Of a stretch of DNA of 64,000 nt, positions 1-13,416 are shown piece after piece; position 1 is the stretch's first letter, and each line of letters opens with the position of its first letter. A program made the position numbers and the translations under genes. The notes beneath the pieces were generated by a model. That model worked only from the letters and a program-made list of their open reading frames with translations, searched no databases and was not told the DNA's origin. Origin of the DNA: Amphiscolops sp. MND2022 (taxonomy: Eukaryota); NCBI GenBank assembly GCA_964187785.1, contig OZ076409.1, positions 6,512,001 through 6,576,000 on the forward strand, written 5' to 3'.

Positions 1-2283
1 TAAGATTGCAGATTTCACGGTCGACGACTACGCGGCCCTCAAGCTGAACCATCCGCAAAGGGAAACTTGCTCTGTTCCGGACCCCACAGATATTCATGGT
101 TTTTCAACCTCGGAGTTTTTCGTCCACAAGGCTCTCATGTCCTTCTTCAACGGCTCTAGTGCAGAGTTGGATGGCATTTCGCCTCAAATTTGGAAGATTT
201 GACTGCCAAGTCGAACGGGCAAACGGGACTGAATTTTCTCAGAGCCTTAACAAATCTTGTGAACGTGATTCCTGGAGGAAAAGTACCTTTCGAACTTCGG
301 CCGTACTTCTTTGGTGAGAAACTAATTGCGCTGAAAACGCCTGATATAGGACTTCGTCCTATCGCTGTAGGCAATACTTTCCGTTGGTTATCCGCAAAAT
401 GCGCCGCATACCATGTCTTCGAATCACGTCAGGCAAGATACGGAAGCCGACAAGTAGGTGTTGTCACCAAAAGGGGCGCTGAATTGGCCTCACGTGTTTT
501 CCGTTGTTTGATAGAAAGCCCCCAGCCCAAAGAAAACGTAATTTTGAAAATTGACTTTGAAAACGCTTTCAAATCGATTAACCGACAATTCATGCTAGAG
601 AAATCTTTTGAAATACACCCTGAAGTACTCACACTCGGCGTACAGTCAACCAAGTTTTCTTTTTTACGGTGATTCAGAAATCAAATCTTGAGGTGAGGAG
701 GGGTCCAGCAAGGAGATCTTGAGTCTCGAGCTTTGTTTTCCTAATTCATTCAGGATCTAATTGACAGTTTGGAGTCAAAAATAAACTAATGGTACCTTGA
801 CGATGGAAATTTAAGTGATGATCTGTTTTGAAAGATCTCGAAGAAAATGTTGGAGCGGAAAAAACGCTAGGACTTAAAATTAAACCCACAAAATGCGAAT
901 TTTTTTCCTTGGGGACATCACTGAAAAACGCCGATCGACAATTTTAGCACCTTTCCAAAAAATTTTCCCCGGGATCAAAACACCAAAGAAAGATGAACTT
1001 ATCATTCTTGGTTCACCGCTCGGCCCAAATTCACAAGCAAATTTATTGAAATAGAAAATCAATGAACTGGGAAAAGTCAATGAAATTGTTGAAAAACTAG
1101 ATGCGCACTATGGTTTTTTTAAATTTGAAAAATAGCTTCAGTCTGCCAAAGTTGTTATACTTCCTGAGAGCCAGTACATGTTTTAATCACCCAGCTCTCT
1201 TGGAAAGGTATGACAAAATCGTGCGCGACAGGTTTTCCAAAATTTGTTGCGTGAATTTCGACGATATTTCGAGTACTCAGCTGGCTCTGCCCGCTGAATT
1301 GGGTAGTCTTGGGGTGTCATCCGCAATCAATATTAGCGATTCCCGCCTTTTTGGCCTCAGCTTTTGGTGCGAGTGACTTTCTCACGACGGTTTTCTCGAA
1401 AACATTCGTAGATGTTTCGTTTACAAAAGCGCTTGAGAAATGGTTGAGTTTGACGAATGAACAGGAAAGTCCTCTCGATAAAACCCAGAAAAATTGGACA
1501 CTACTTGTCTTCGTCAGAACCGCCCAAGAATTGATTTCTAGAATGGATGACAAACGTTCGAAAGTTTTCAACGCAAGGCAAATTCGGATCTCAAGGGCTG
1601 AACGTCGTTCCTTGTAAAACCTAGGCCTGAAACTTGATAATCAGAAACTTCGGATTTCAAATGGTCTACGTCTCGGAGCCAACATTTGCGTTGCGCATAC
1701 GTGCCACTGTGGTAAAAAAGTAGAACGGGACGGTTTACACGGTCTTTCTTGCACCGAGAGGGCTGGTCGCTTCTCACGTCATGCTACTCTCAATTCTCTC
1801 ATAAAGCAGATGTTGGGATCTCTCGACTTGCCTTCAATAATTGAATCGCGTGGACTGTACCGAACCGATGGCAAACGCCCAGACAGTGTTACCATGACTC
1901 CTTGGGAAATGGGTAAACCGCTGCTGTGGGATGTCACGGTTGTGGATGCTCTTGCACCCAGTCGCCTGAGTCAAGGCTTTTTATGCAACCCTGGAACCAC
2001 CACCACCGAGGCTGAAGTGCGTAAAATTGAGAAGTATCGCGAATTAATAGACAATGGATACATTTTTCAACCGGTGGCATTGGAAGTACAGTGTTCTTTA
2101 GGCAAGAGCAGTGAAATTTTCATCACTCGTCTCTGTAAAATGCTCTGTTGTTCGCACGACGATCAACGAGCTGTTAGCTTTTTGAAGCAGCGGATTTCAA
2201 TGGCTCTTCAGATCGGCAATGCGACCTGTGTTCTAGGAACTGTTAGTGACAGAGATGCGTTTGAAGAAATTTATTACATTTAG
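1..2283 (+). mobile_element. Decayed CRE-like non-LTR retrotransposon (RT plus restriction-like endonuclease), 5' part outside the window
   Basis: Frameshifted RT motifs LRPIAVGNTFR, KIDFENAF, GVQQGD and WYLDDG; CCHC knuckle CHCG..HGLSC; RLE motifs RH..LN, KRPD, WDVTVVD, K..KY. The stop at 2283 is followed by a T/A run. Confidence 0.88.
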
Positions 2284-2799
2284 TTTTTTTTTAAAAAAAA
2301 AACGTCTATATCATTGCAGCTTTAAAACTTTCTACCAGTCGACTGAGATAGTGGCTGGTATGAGTAGTTTTTTGATTGGTATTTTTGTTACTGGTCTACT
2401 GGGATAGTGGCTAGTGTGGGGTTCCCTACGTTCGTTGCAGACCACGGGTGTGTGTCTTCTCCCCCCAACTTGATGATACACATGGCACTTGATTGATGAC
2501 GAGCATCCATGATATCTGATAGAGCGAAAAAGAGAAAAAAAATTTCGGAGTTTAGCGACAGAATGGATGTTGAAAAATCCCAAAGGGTCCTCCCTTTCAG
2601 TTTTTTTGGCCTTGTGATTTTTTTTCATTGAAGGATCCCCAATTCACCAATACTTTGGCACTTTGAATTGCTTTTGCCATTTTTGAGCCTTTGATATGGC
2701 GTGAATTGTATATTCATTTTATTTGATAATGTTAATTTTATTCTCTGAAATCCATAGTGTATCAATCATTTTCCTGGAATTATTTCCTTCAAAACTAAC

Positions 2800-2947
2800 T
2801 TTGGGGTCCTTGGGTTTGATTGTGGAGTCTCTTCGGCTGAGTCTAGCAAACGTATGGAAGTACACTTTCTTTTCAATGTCTTGTGGCACTTGGCAAGTGA
2901 AGTACGCGTGAAGCAGTCGAAATAACTCTCCCGTTTGAGCCTGAAAC
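2800..2947 (-). CDS. Probable downstream exon of the carbohydrate-sulfotransferase-like gene
   Basis: Acceptor ttggtttcag and donor gttagt; joins the 5081 exon in phase 2 to give QFQAQTGELFRLLHAYFTCQ..., resembling the LL..LF.C segment that follows FEP in CHST-family enzymes. Confidence 0.55.
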
Positions 2948-3403
2948 CTGAAACCAAGAAAAACGCAAGGAGAATATTGTTTGAACCAATGTGCAAGTTT
3001 TTAGAAGCATGAGTATGAAAATTTGCAACCAAGAGAGAGTGAAGAATTCCAAAATTCACGTTTTTATCCATATTGAGTAAAAACACATTTTATAGTTTTC
3101 CCTGGAAGGGGACACAAACGTTTTGGAAGTGTGCTGAACAAGTAACAACACTCGGACATTTCGGTTCAAAAAATTTGAAACATTTGCCATAACGGTTTTT
3201 CCACGATTCGTTTTCAAAATAAAATTGATTAGCGTCGGCACAATTTGGGCATTCTTCAATTTCGAGAAGAAAAGATTATTTTCAAATCGCTTTATAAGCG
3301 CTTATTTCAAAATCGCTATTTGGCTGAAATACTTTTTCATCAAACTATGAAATGTTTGACCGTCATGTTTTCAAATTAACCGATAACTTTATTCGATTAC
3401 CAG

Positions 3404-4312
3404 AACTTTCCTCGTCAGAAACTTCGTCGCCAGAAACTTCGTCGTCGGAAATTTCGTCGTCAGAAACTTCGTCGCCAGAAATTTCGTCGTCGGAAATTAC
3501 GTTCTATTAAACGTCGCATTTTATCTAAGCTATTAGGAATTGTCCAATATTATTGATGTCTTAAAATTTATCGAGTCTTGATAATTAGCTGAATAACTAT
3601 CCGTAATTGTGAAATTATCGCTATTATGGACTTTTAGTAAAGGTTTTAACAGAAAAAATTTCAGAACATGTTCCTTATCCCTCACAGATAAACATTGTTT
3701 CTTATCCCCCTCCCAACACGAAGTTGTTTCGACACCTGAAGCAAAAATTCTCAGGAATTGTTGATATTTTTTTGACAAAAAAGCAAAAATTCACCTCCGG
3801 AACAAGCCTAAACTGTATAGTAAAGCTCCGAATACAATGCAAATTTTCTCCGCCATGAATTAAAGTGAGCAACAAAAGGAGCTCCATTTTGAATGATTGA
3901 CAAAAAATGAAACAATATCAGCGTTTTGTTTACAAATAGTGCAAATTTGAAAAGCAAAATTCTGACTAGTATGGTGTGAATACACTGGTAAAATGGTTCA
4001 GAATTGAAAATGTACCATTGCTCAATAAGCGTCTTGATGAATTGATTGAATGCAATTGACTTTTTGACTCAGTTTTGGTGTCAAAATGAAACTGTGAAGA
4101 TCTCATTTTGATGATTAAATAATTGAATAAATTAATTTATCTCTTTTCGCGAACGCTGTTATTTTTTATCAATACGACGAAATTTCAGAAGACGAAATTT
4201 CAGACGACGAAATTTCTGTAATTGCTAATACAACGAAATTTCCTACGACGAAACTTCTGACGACGAAGTTTTTGACGACGAAATTTCAGGCGACGAAATT
4301 TCCGCCTCCCCT
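3404..4312. repeat. Non-autonomous TIR element with inverted arrays of a 15-bp unit
   Basis: (GAAAYTTCGTCGYCA)n at about 3404-3498 and the reverse complement at about 4174-4303. Confidence 0.7.
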
Positions 4313-4740
4313 TTATTCAGCTTTTGCCAGAAAAAGACTAGAGTTTTTTTACTGTGTTTAACAAAGGTAACAGTTAGAATTTTTCGAAATTCATTTTGAA
4401 ACTTCGTGTATCCTCAGAAGAAACTTCGATTTGGGACAACCTATCAAATGCCGCTAATTTGAATTGCTAATATCTCTCTTAAAAGTTCTGCGCGGCCGCT
4501 AATTCGCTAAATCTGATTAGCGGTGTCAAAACTATGTCCGCTAGTGATGATAAAAAATTGCTGTTAACGACAGTCGAACTAAGTATTGGAAACGGAATGA
4601 CCAGCAAAACTGTATTCTTTAACGGTGTAGTTGTTTATGGCAAATTGTTATCTTTTGTCACTTCACTTCAATTCGGCAGATTGAGTAAATACGAATTTAA
4701 CCATTTTCACACATCAACTTTTCTCCAAGCATTTAAAGGG

Positions 4741-5029
4741 TACAGTCCTGTGATAAAAGAATGGAACCCCTAATTGATAATCATAAAAAGAACGCCTAAT
4801 TTTTCTGCCTATATCCCTGAAACTATTGATGTTCAAGAGAAATGCATTTGATAAAAGTTTCTCGAAATTTTATCTAGTTTACATTCGTGTTTGTTTGAAA
4901 CTTTTTTGACAAAAATTGGTGATATTTGCTCTCAATACCTCTGGAAGTTGTTGAGAAATTCGCAAACTCATTAGGCGTTCCAAACTTAATAAGCAAACAG
5001 GGGTTCTATTCTTTTATCACTGGACTGTA
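4741..5029. mobile_element. Tc1/mariner-type MITE
   Basis: About 30-bp TIRs TACAGTCCWGTGATAAAAGAATRGAACCCC with TA ends; internal sequence is shared with the MITE at 11712-12205. Confidence 0.75.
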
Positions 5030-5080
5030 TTCTAACTATCTAAGATTACATCACTTTACCCCAATCACGTAATTGCTTAC

Positions 5081-5341
5081 TGTCCTTGCGCAACAGATGG
5101 AGTGTATCTGTGGAATGGCTCGAACACGTAGTACGATCTATTGGACATCTGGCTGAGGTACATGCCAAAAACGGACGATCCAGACCTGCCCACCGTCGTT
5201 ATGAGCACTTTGGAGATGTTTGCCAGACTAGGGAAAACCTTGAAGGAGGAGGATGCCACATTTTCAACTTCCAAACTGGATATGTTGGCATTTCGGGTAG
5301 GAATAAGAAACGGGTAGAAGCAAACTGCTAGGAGAAAGGTA
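5081..5341 (-). CDS. Exon of a Golgi carbohydrate sulfotransferase-like gene (CHST/GlcNAc6ST type)
   Basis: Open frame with a hydrophobic anchor (TFLLAVCFYPFLIP), then LITTVGRSGSSVFG (5'-PSB PAPS-binding motif) and YYVFEP; acceptor ttgttgcag, donor CA|gtaagc. Confidence 0.75.
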
Positions 5342-6636
5342 CTGCAACAAAACAGATCAGAATTCAGAAAACTTATCGAATTGACCGAGTTTTGAATTCG
5401 AGTTCAGAATTGATCAGATATCTAAGTTTGGACCATGTTTTTCATATTCCCCAAAGAGGGGGGTCGTGGGGTGTTGGAACAAGGTACCGAATACCATTAT
5501 GTCGACATCATTTCCGTTGAAATTTCAGTCCAATAAAAGAACGGATATCGATATAATCCTATCTTTCACATTAATTCACCGTTAAACGTTGCTCATTGTA
5601 ATTTATAGCGGAGAAAATTTGCATTAGAATCGGGTTTTATTTATACAATTTGAGCTTGTTCAAGCGGCGGATTTTTGCTTTTTTTGTCAAAAATACTTTT
5701 AAAAATCCGGATAATTTTTTGCTTCAAGAGTCGAAACAACTACAAAGACAATCCTCCAAGTTTTTATAGTCATGTATTCTTTCATTAGCACAGGATATTT
5801 TTTTCTAGCATGAAAGCTGGTTTCATATAGGGGGGAAAGGTAAATAATAAACAAAGTGTATCTGGGGGGGGGGGGGTTGCATTTGATAAGAAACATGGTT
5901 CCCAAGTTTGAATTTCTTACAAATTATCAACTGGAATGTCATACAATGCAAATCATTACATGCACATACATTCGCCGATAAAAGTTTTGTGCTGGTTGAA
6001 TGAAAAACATTCAAAATATTTTGAAAGGACGTCCACAACTGTTTATTAGAATTATTGCCTAAAAGTTATTTCCTAAATTATTGCCCTAAATTATTTCCTC
6101 GAATAAACAACCATTTCAGAATCAAAGTTTGGTAGGGTATTCCGTGTAAAAATATCAATCGATGTTGTTGGTTTAATGTCTTTGATATAAATTCGGAGAA
6201 AAATAGTTGGAGTTTGAGTACCAAAAAATAACAAAACAGCTGAATGAAGTTTGCACGAAATGTATGCAGCTAAAAACTGGATACCTTTTGTTCGCAGTAT
6301 TAAAAAACTGTTTCTTCCCCACAAGCTATTTTATCATTCTCTACCTAGCAGTACATTAAAACATCTGTTCCTTGGGTTTTCTTGTGAATTGAAACCACTC
6401 CTACCGACGAAGTGAAAAACGAATAAAAACCCACAAACTCGAAATCAATTTTGCTCCGAATTTGCATTTTCGCACCCGTCTTTTAAATTCAAACCCCTCC
6501 GTTTTTTAAAGTGCCTACCACTGAAGCTGAAAGCAAAAACTACGCCCTACTTATTACTGGGAAAAATTAATTCGCGAAACAAGATTGAACAGAATACCGG
6601 GAAAAATGTTGAATGAGATCTACAGAATTGTGAGTG

Positions 6637-7131
6637 TTTTTAGTCGGCGCTTTTCTAGAAAAAAAAAGAGTCGACTATAGTCATGGCTTTTTGTCAGTGT
6701 TTTTTTGAAAAATTTTTAAATTTTTTTCGATACACCTGAAGTGACTACCAAAAGCTCTACAAAATATTAAGAAGACGCCAAATTGCCCGTTGGCGCAAGA
6801 ACTGAACCAAAAAGGCTTCCCGCGTAACATCCAATACCGGACGAGACCAAAGGGTCCGCCTATCAGCTTTTTTCGGCATTACGAGACTTTTTTTCGCAGA
6901 AAATTTTTCCCCCAAAGGGTTCCCCCCTCCAATTTTCCCAAGTTTTGCGACAGAATGGATATTGAAAAATCCCAAAGTGTCCCCACATTCATTTTTTTCG
7001 GCATTGTGAGACTTTTTTCAAAACAAAATTCATAACAGGATCCCCAATTCACCAATACTTTGGCACTTTGGAGTCCTTTTGCTAATTTGAGCCTTAGATA
7101 TGGCGCCGACTTGGGCCGGTCCCGGCTTGTT
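6637..7131 (+). mobile_element. Helentron-like non-autonomous element (HINE/DINE-1-like structure)
   Basis: 5' TTTTAGTCGGCGC plus a nearby partial inverted copy; 3' GCGCCGACT (subterminal IR), GCCG-loop-CGGC hairpin, then TTGTT. Confidence 0.7.
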
Positions 7132-7759
7132 TTAAGTTGAAACTAAAACTACTCGACTATTACAGTCACTTCTTTTCGATATCTGTTCAAAAAACCCAGA
7201 CAAAAAGCAACGAAAACTAGAAAAATCTAGTGATTTCTGTGTTGTCTTGAGACCCAAAAGGAGAGCCTTTGATTCCTTTTTCAAGTTCCAAATTTTTGAT
7301 ACAATTTCCTATGGATGAAAAGGCTGCATGAGACCGAAGCGTCTCCCTTTTGGCTTTGTTTCAGCTCTTTGCAGTTTTTGCATGAGCTTTTGAATTCACA
7401 GGAGAGCCCGCTATTTGATATATGGCATGTGTTCGTTTGAGAAAACGAACTGTAACAAAAAGGTTTTTTTTCGAATACTTGCCCGTACATAGGAATGCTT
7501 CAGGTCTCAATAACACCCCTAGTTCATTGAAAACATTTTGCACTGTCTGGACATTCTGCGTTTTCTGATGCGAGAAAATACAGAGCAAAAAGAGTAACCT
7601 ACGATGTACACAATTGCGTTCATAGTTTGATTATAAGCGCACAGGTTCGAGGCAAAGGGGCCCCAAAAGTCTTTTTACACTTTCAAGCATTCGCTGTTTT
7701 TTTCTACCGCTTTCGAGACTAAAAGAATCTCACAGGTTTAGCCAGAAATGTCATCCACT

Positions 7760-8322
7760 TTTTTAGTCGGCGCTTTATCCTTTTAAGGAAAAATGCCCGA
7801 CTATAGCAGTGACCTTTTTTTCTTTAGACTACAATCCTCACACTGATCGGTCCACTTTTCTTACAATTCTTACAATCTTAAAATCTTACAATTCTTTAAA
7901 AGCTTGCGAAGTAGTATTTTTACATCATCTAAGAAACTCAAAGGGACCAAAGGGTACTCCCTTAGAGTATTTTCGGCTCTGTGAGACTTTTTTTGAAAAA
8001 AAAATTCTCCAAAGGGTCCCCTTTAATTTTTTTGGAGTTTTCCGACAGAACGGATGCTGAAAAATCCCAAAGGGTCGCCCCTTTCTGTTTTTTCGGCATT
8101 GTGAGACTTTTTTCAAAATTTTTTTTTCACCAAAAGTGCCCCTCCTTCAATATGGATGACAGAATGGATGAGAAATTTCAAAGTGTCCCCTCTGGTGCGC
8201 GAATTCGGATCAACTTTTGGGTTTTTCCGGTGCCGTAGAAGAGAATACTTTGACACTTTGAAGTCTTTTTGCTGTTTTTGAGCCTTAGATATGGGGCCGA
8301 CTGGGGCCGTTCCCGGCTTGTT
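7760..8322 (+). mobile_element. Helentron-like non-autonomous element
   Basis: Same termini; internal TTTTTCGGCAYTGTGAGACTTTTT and AAAGGGTCCCC units. Confidence 0.7.
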
Positions 8323-9173
8323 TAACCTTATTTTTATGCTGTCGCTTCTGGAATAATGTTCAATTCAATCAAAGACAGTGATTTGATTATAGAAACAAAA
8401 AGTACTAACAAAATTGCAATCCATTTGAAGTTGATCGTGCGAGATATTCGCTGTATTTTCATTGTTGGTTTCTCGAGTTAACTGGTTCTCATTTAGACAA
8501 AAGATTATATGGCATCATTTTCAGATAACGCAGACAATGATTCTCCTTCTTGGTGTAACATTTTGAACTTTCCCAGCAGGCCCACAGAGATCTTGATTCG
8601 TATCACAAAGTTTTCTCCGTCATACTTGAATTGATTCCCATCAAAAATTTGAATTTAAAGTTGTATCGTGATTGTTTTCAGATGGATGTCTGTAACCATA
8701 TAAGCGTACCATCATTTTAGTCACAGATAATAAATTTGTGACAGACATCGATTTGTGTCACAATTTTTAGTCGGCGCTTTCGTAGAAAAAGCAGACTATA
8801 GTAGTGACTTTTTTAATTTTGAAAATTTTTTCCAGACCAACGAACTGAGAGAATAGTTCACCGAAATCTCTTCAACTTTGGCAAAGTCCCTTTTAGCCAA
8901 CTACATACTACATTTGAGCTGTAAAGGAGTTTCTTTTGACAATAACACAACCCATACCGGATTTAACGAATTCCGGATATAGTGTCCTTTTTGTATATTT
9001 AAAAAAACTTTACACTTTTTTGAATCTTGAGCGGGGCGCTGACTTGGGCCGATCCTGGTTTGTTTTTTATGTGCTTCGAAGTCTTTATCCAACTTGGTGA
9101 CTATTCAATTTATAGAATTTTCATATCGTAGAAAAAAAACTTTCGAAAAGCGTCGAAAAATTCCTGATCAGCG

Positions 9174-10178
9174 CCCGGGTTGACCCTCTTACTAGCATCT
9201 TGGCTGTCTTGGCAAGATCTTGCCAAATTCTTACTACATCTTGGCAACCATGGATCCCATGGCAGGATTCTTATTAAGATCTTACTAAGATAATACTTAT
9301 TCCAAGATCGTATCTTATCACGATGGGCAAAATTTTAATATTATAAAAAACACTATACCTTCGGTACAAGCAGCCAAGACTCAATCTAAAGGCTCATTTC
9401 ACCCAACAACGACTATTTCTACTCGTTTTCATAATCAAAATGCTTAAACCTGCTGAAAAAACTTTGCATGCAAAATGAGTGAAAAATTACGATAACGTAG
9501 TCTGGCTTCCGAACTTTTGACGACAATCCAAATAACTGCTCACCTGTTTAAGACTGAGAAATGCGAATGTACCAAATGAAAGGTCATTTCAAGGGCTTTC
9601 CAAAACTTGTAATTTATCACTCTTGTCGATTCCAGAGACGGAGAAATATGCTCTCAAACGTCCAGACTCACTATCGGAAAGTTACAAAGGAAAGATGTTA
9701 AAATCCGGAAATTTTTGATAAAATTCATATTTCCAGCTTTCTTTGAGCCTGTTTCAGCAGCCTCATTACTGCTAGAAACGGCGGTCATTGCACTAATTTG
9801 GGTAATGATTCAGCTCGAGGCTTTTCTGACGCCATTGTTGGCAACAGTTTTGCAATTGAAAGAACAATTTAACCAGCGTCTTCCCGAATAAATATCTCTT
9901 CAATCAAATTTTATACATTGCTAACAGAAGTTTTAATCTCTAACAAAATAAATCTGCAGAAATGTTGATTTTTGTTGACTTCCTTTCAGATTTTTTCTTT
10001 CCAAATAGGATTTTACAATAAAAGTTTTCTTGGAAACATGGCTCTCTTGATAAGATCTTACCATGGCATCTTGCAATTCTTGGCAATATCTTGTCACGAT
10101 CTTAGCTAAGATTTTTCCAAGATCTTGGCAAGATCTTGCCAAGATCTTACTAAGATATCCATGGAGGGTCGACCCGGG
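9174..10178. mobile_element. TIR element with CCC termini and AAGATCTT-rich subterminal repeats (CACTA/EnSpm-like)
   Basis: CCCGGGTTGACCCTC ... GAGGGTCGACCCGGG; flanking CG/CG is a possible 2-bp TSD. Confidence 0.6.
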
Positions 10179-10194
10179 CGATTATTTTCACATG

Positions 10195-10825
10195 GGTTTT
10201 ATGACTCGGTCCTTCGTGCTTCCGCGGCTTTTAGTGCCACTCCAGTTCGGCCAGTCAAAACCAGCCGCTGGTCAAGTAATGGTACGTTGCTTCGCTTAGC
10301 CTCGCGCCTGCATTTAGGGTACTATGGGTATGTGTGCATAGCTGATTACATTATCGTAATTAGTTCGCCGCTAGGTAGCACACAAATTCAATCAATTTCA
10401 TTTTTCATATTCAATTTTCAATCATTCACAAGTGTTTAATAATATCTTTTCGGTGCAATGAATAGGCTCTGAATGTTCGACTCGACGCTTTGAGAATCCG
10501 CTATCCAACTTGTGCTATTGCAATATTAATGGGGCAAATTCCCGAAATGTAAATCATTCTAAGCGTCGAATAATAATTATTAAACGTTTCTAATTGGTTG
10601 AAATTGAAATACGAAAGAATTAAACCCGTTGAATTGGTGTGTTACACAGCGGCGAATTAATTACGATAATGTAATCAGCTATGCTCACGTACATCTGGTG
10701 CCCTAAATGCATGAGCGAAGCCATGCGGAGCGACGTGCCATTACTTGACCAGCCGCAGGTTTTGACGAAAGGCGACCTGGAGTGGCGCGAAGCTACGCAG
10801 AAAGAGGAAGGCCGAGTCATACAAC
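10195..10825. repeat. Diverged inverted pair of a roughly 200-bp repeat
   Basis: About 10195-10395 versus the reverse complement at about 10630-10825; a related stretch lies at about 44295-44420. Confidence 0.65.
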
Positions 10826-11711
10826 CATTATTAAAATATTCGTTGGTATGGAATTCTTTCAACACTTTGAATAGTTTGAATGTTTTCGACGCTTTGATTA
10901 CTTTGAAAATTTTCGACTCTTTCAATAGTCTCCATTAATGGGATAAGGCAAAAAATGGTTAAAACTTATATAGTGGGCATATAAGCGTAAAACTAGCGGG
11001 AATACAAGCGTAGGATCATGTAAGCGTACGATGTAATAAATTGAAGCATGCTCCACTCTTTTTTGCCTCTTTTTAAAAAGGACTCAAACTGCAGATGCTT
11101 AATATGAAATGATTGAAAGAAATAACATCCAAAGAGAACTCTAATAACTCCAAAGACTTCACTGTTAAGACGTAATTTCGAGAAATAGAGTTCTAACATG
11201 AGATTAAAAAAAATCGGTCGAGTAGTTATTTGACACAAAGTACTTGCGTTTTTCAGGAGAAAAGAGAAAAAGTCTTTTGATTAAACTAAGTACACAGAAA
11301 TGACAAAATCAAAACAGCTGAAAATGCTTTTGAACATTTTTGGGGATTGAATAAATCAAAAAGAAACAACAACTGGAATGGAAAAAAATTGAGTGTAAAA
11401 AACCTTTTCCAGTCCGTTAGTTACTTTTATTTCAACCAAAATCACTTCAAAATGTCACCCCGTTAACCGAAAGTTTTCCTTCAGTTGTTTTGGACATGAA
11501 TAAATTTAACCAAAAATGGTTGAAACCATTTTCAGCTGTCTTCATGAAGTAATCTGTGCATACATAAACAAGCAAACATGAATGAATATTTTAACAATAT
11601 CAACTTCCGGTTTGCGCTCGCGTGAAAACTAATCATGTTTCCTTTCCTTATTCGTTATTTTTATCAAACGTCGCCACATGTAGCAGCTTAATGCATCGTG
11701 ATTCATGGATA

Positions 11712-12205
11712 TACAGTAGCGTTCTAAAATATCGCAACTCCATTGCTTAAAATTTCGATTTTCAAATCCAAATATCTTTAAAACTTTCACAAATACTAAA
11801 AATTGTCAGCTAGGAAAGTTTCTTAGAATTTTATCTAGTTTACAAAAATAGTTGTTTGAAATTTCTGCAACAAAAATTACAAAAATTCTCAATCAAAACA
11901 ATTCAGTAGGTTCGGGAGATTATAGGGAGTCTCCGAATGAAAAAACAATCCGAAAATTTCAATTCTAAGCTACTCAATTTTCGAGAAAACTCAAATTTCA
12001 ATTAAAATATACTAAAATTTGCATTCTATAACTTTTTCAGTATGGGTCGTAGAAATTTCAAACAAACATTTTTGTAAACTAGATAAAATTCTAAGTAACT
12101 TTCCTAGCTGGCAAATGTTTGTATTCGTGACAGTTTACGAGATATTTGGTTTTGAATTTTGCCATTTTATGCAATGAGGTTGCGATATTTTAGAACGCTA
12201 CTGTA
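11712..12205. mobile_element. Tc1/mariner-type MITE
   Basis: TA|CAGTAGCGTTCTAAAATATCGCAAC ... GTTGCGATATTTTAGAACGCTACTG|TA, with extended internal inverted arms. Confidence 0.85.
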
Positions 12206-12867
12206 CAATCGAACTGCATTTGAAAATATTGGTCATTCTTCGGCAGTAAATTGCCATAGATCCGAACGAAAAAATGTTACCGTGGCTAGGTAAGTTTCTT
12301 CTAGCGTAGCTATCAAAACATACAATGAGGAGCTGGCAAATTCACCGGTTTCAATTCTGATTAGATATGAAAGCCGTTCAATCGACATAAATAAACTCAG
12401 ACCCATTGTTATGATGAAGTTAATCAGCAATCACGCTATCATCACGAAACTCGCGTTAATCTTCGGCACATCTACATGAAAAAAGTTCTACAAGAGACAC
12501 AGTGGTACTGCGTTAATTTTCGTTTACACACAGCCCCTGTAAGGCTCCTTCCTTTAAAGAAACGTCGGACACCTTCCAGCATCAGTTTTTTGAAACTGAG
12601 GCAGAGATCATATCCACTTGGAACGACACCGGGCTGATCACAAAAAATTATGTGAAAAATGTGGCCGAAAAATCAATTGAATCCTCGAACACCAAAGACA
12701 CAGCTGATCATGCATGATTCAGGCTAGAGTATTGAAACTATGGTATACAAATGTTGTAATTAGATTCAACAGCTTCGTCAACAACGTACTATTCTTCAAC
12801 GTACTACAAAGAGATGTTCACCAAAGAATGCCAATGAATGAAGGGGTTCTCACGCTGCTCTTAAGTG

Positions 12868-13416
12868 TTTAGTCGGTGCTTTTTTTAATAAAAGAGCCCG
12901 ACTATTACACTCACTCATTTTTCTCTTTTTTAAAGACAGACTCGAAGCGACGAACGTTAACGTTCAACTAAAGGAAACTAAACGAATACCCGAGAAAAGG
13001 TCCCCCCTTTGGTTTTTTACTTTTTAAACGTAACCTACAAAACCTGACGGCACTAAAGGGTCCCCCTTTTCGATTTTTTTTCGGCACTGTGCGACTTTTT
13101 CTCGTTTACTTTTTCAAGGAAACCTACAAAACCGGACGTGCCTAAAAGGTCCCCCTTTTGTGTTATTTTCGGAACTGTGCGACTTTTTTTCGAAAGTTTT
13201 TTTAATGTCCCCAAAGGGTCCCCTTCGAGTTTTTTGATATTTTGCAACAGAATGTATGTTAATGAATACAGAGGGGTCCCCCTTTTACATTTTTCGGCAC
13301 TATGCGACATTTGTCGAAAGAAAAAACCTTCAAAAATTTTAAGTGTTTTTCCATAAAAATGGTTTGCGCTTTTTGAGCCTTAGATATAGCGCCCACTTTA
13401 GACGTTTTCGTCTTGT
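12868..13416 (+). mobile_element. Helentron-like non-autonomous element (variant 3' hairpin)
   Basis: TTTAGTCGGTGC at the 5' end; GAGCCTTAGATATAGCGCC..AGACG-loop-CGTCTTGTT at the 3' end. Confidence 0.65.

Noticed and set aside
3404..3498. CRISPR-like regular repeats
   Set aside because: 15-bp tandem units without unique spacers, mirrored at about 4174-4303, in a eukaryotic context.
4939..4984. Apparent in-frame 46-nt microexon of the sulfotransferase gene with an AAG acceptor and donor-complementary TTGCTTA
   Set aside because: It lies inside a MITE (4741-5029) and is unnecessary, because the AG at 2948 joins the two exons in frame directly. It cannot be counted as a third structured intron without RNA data.
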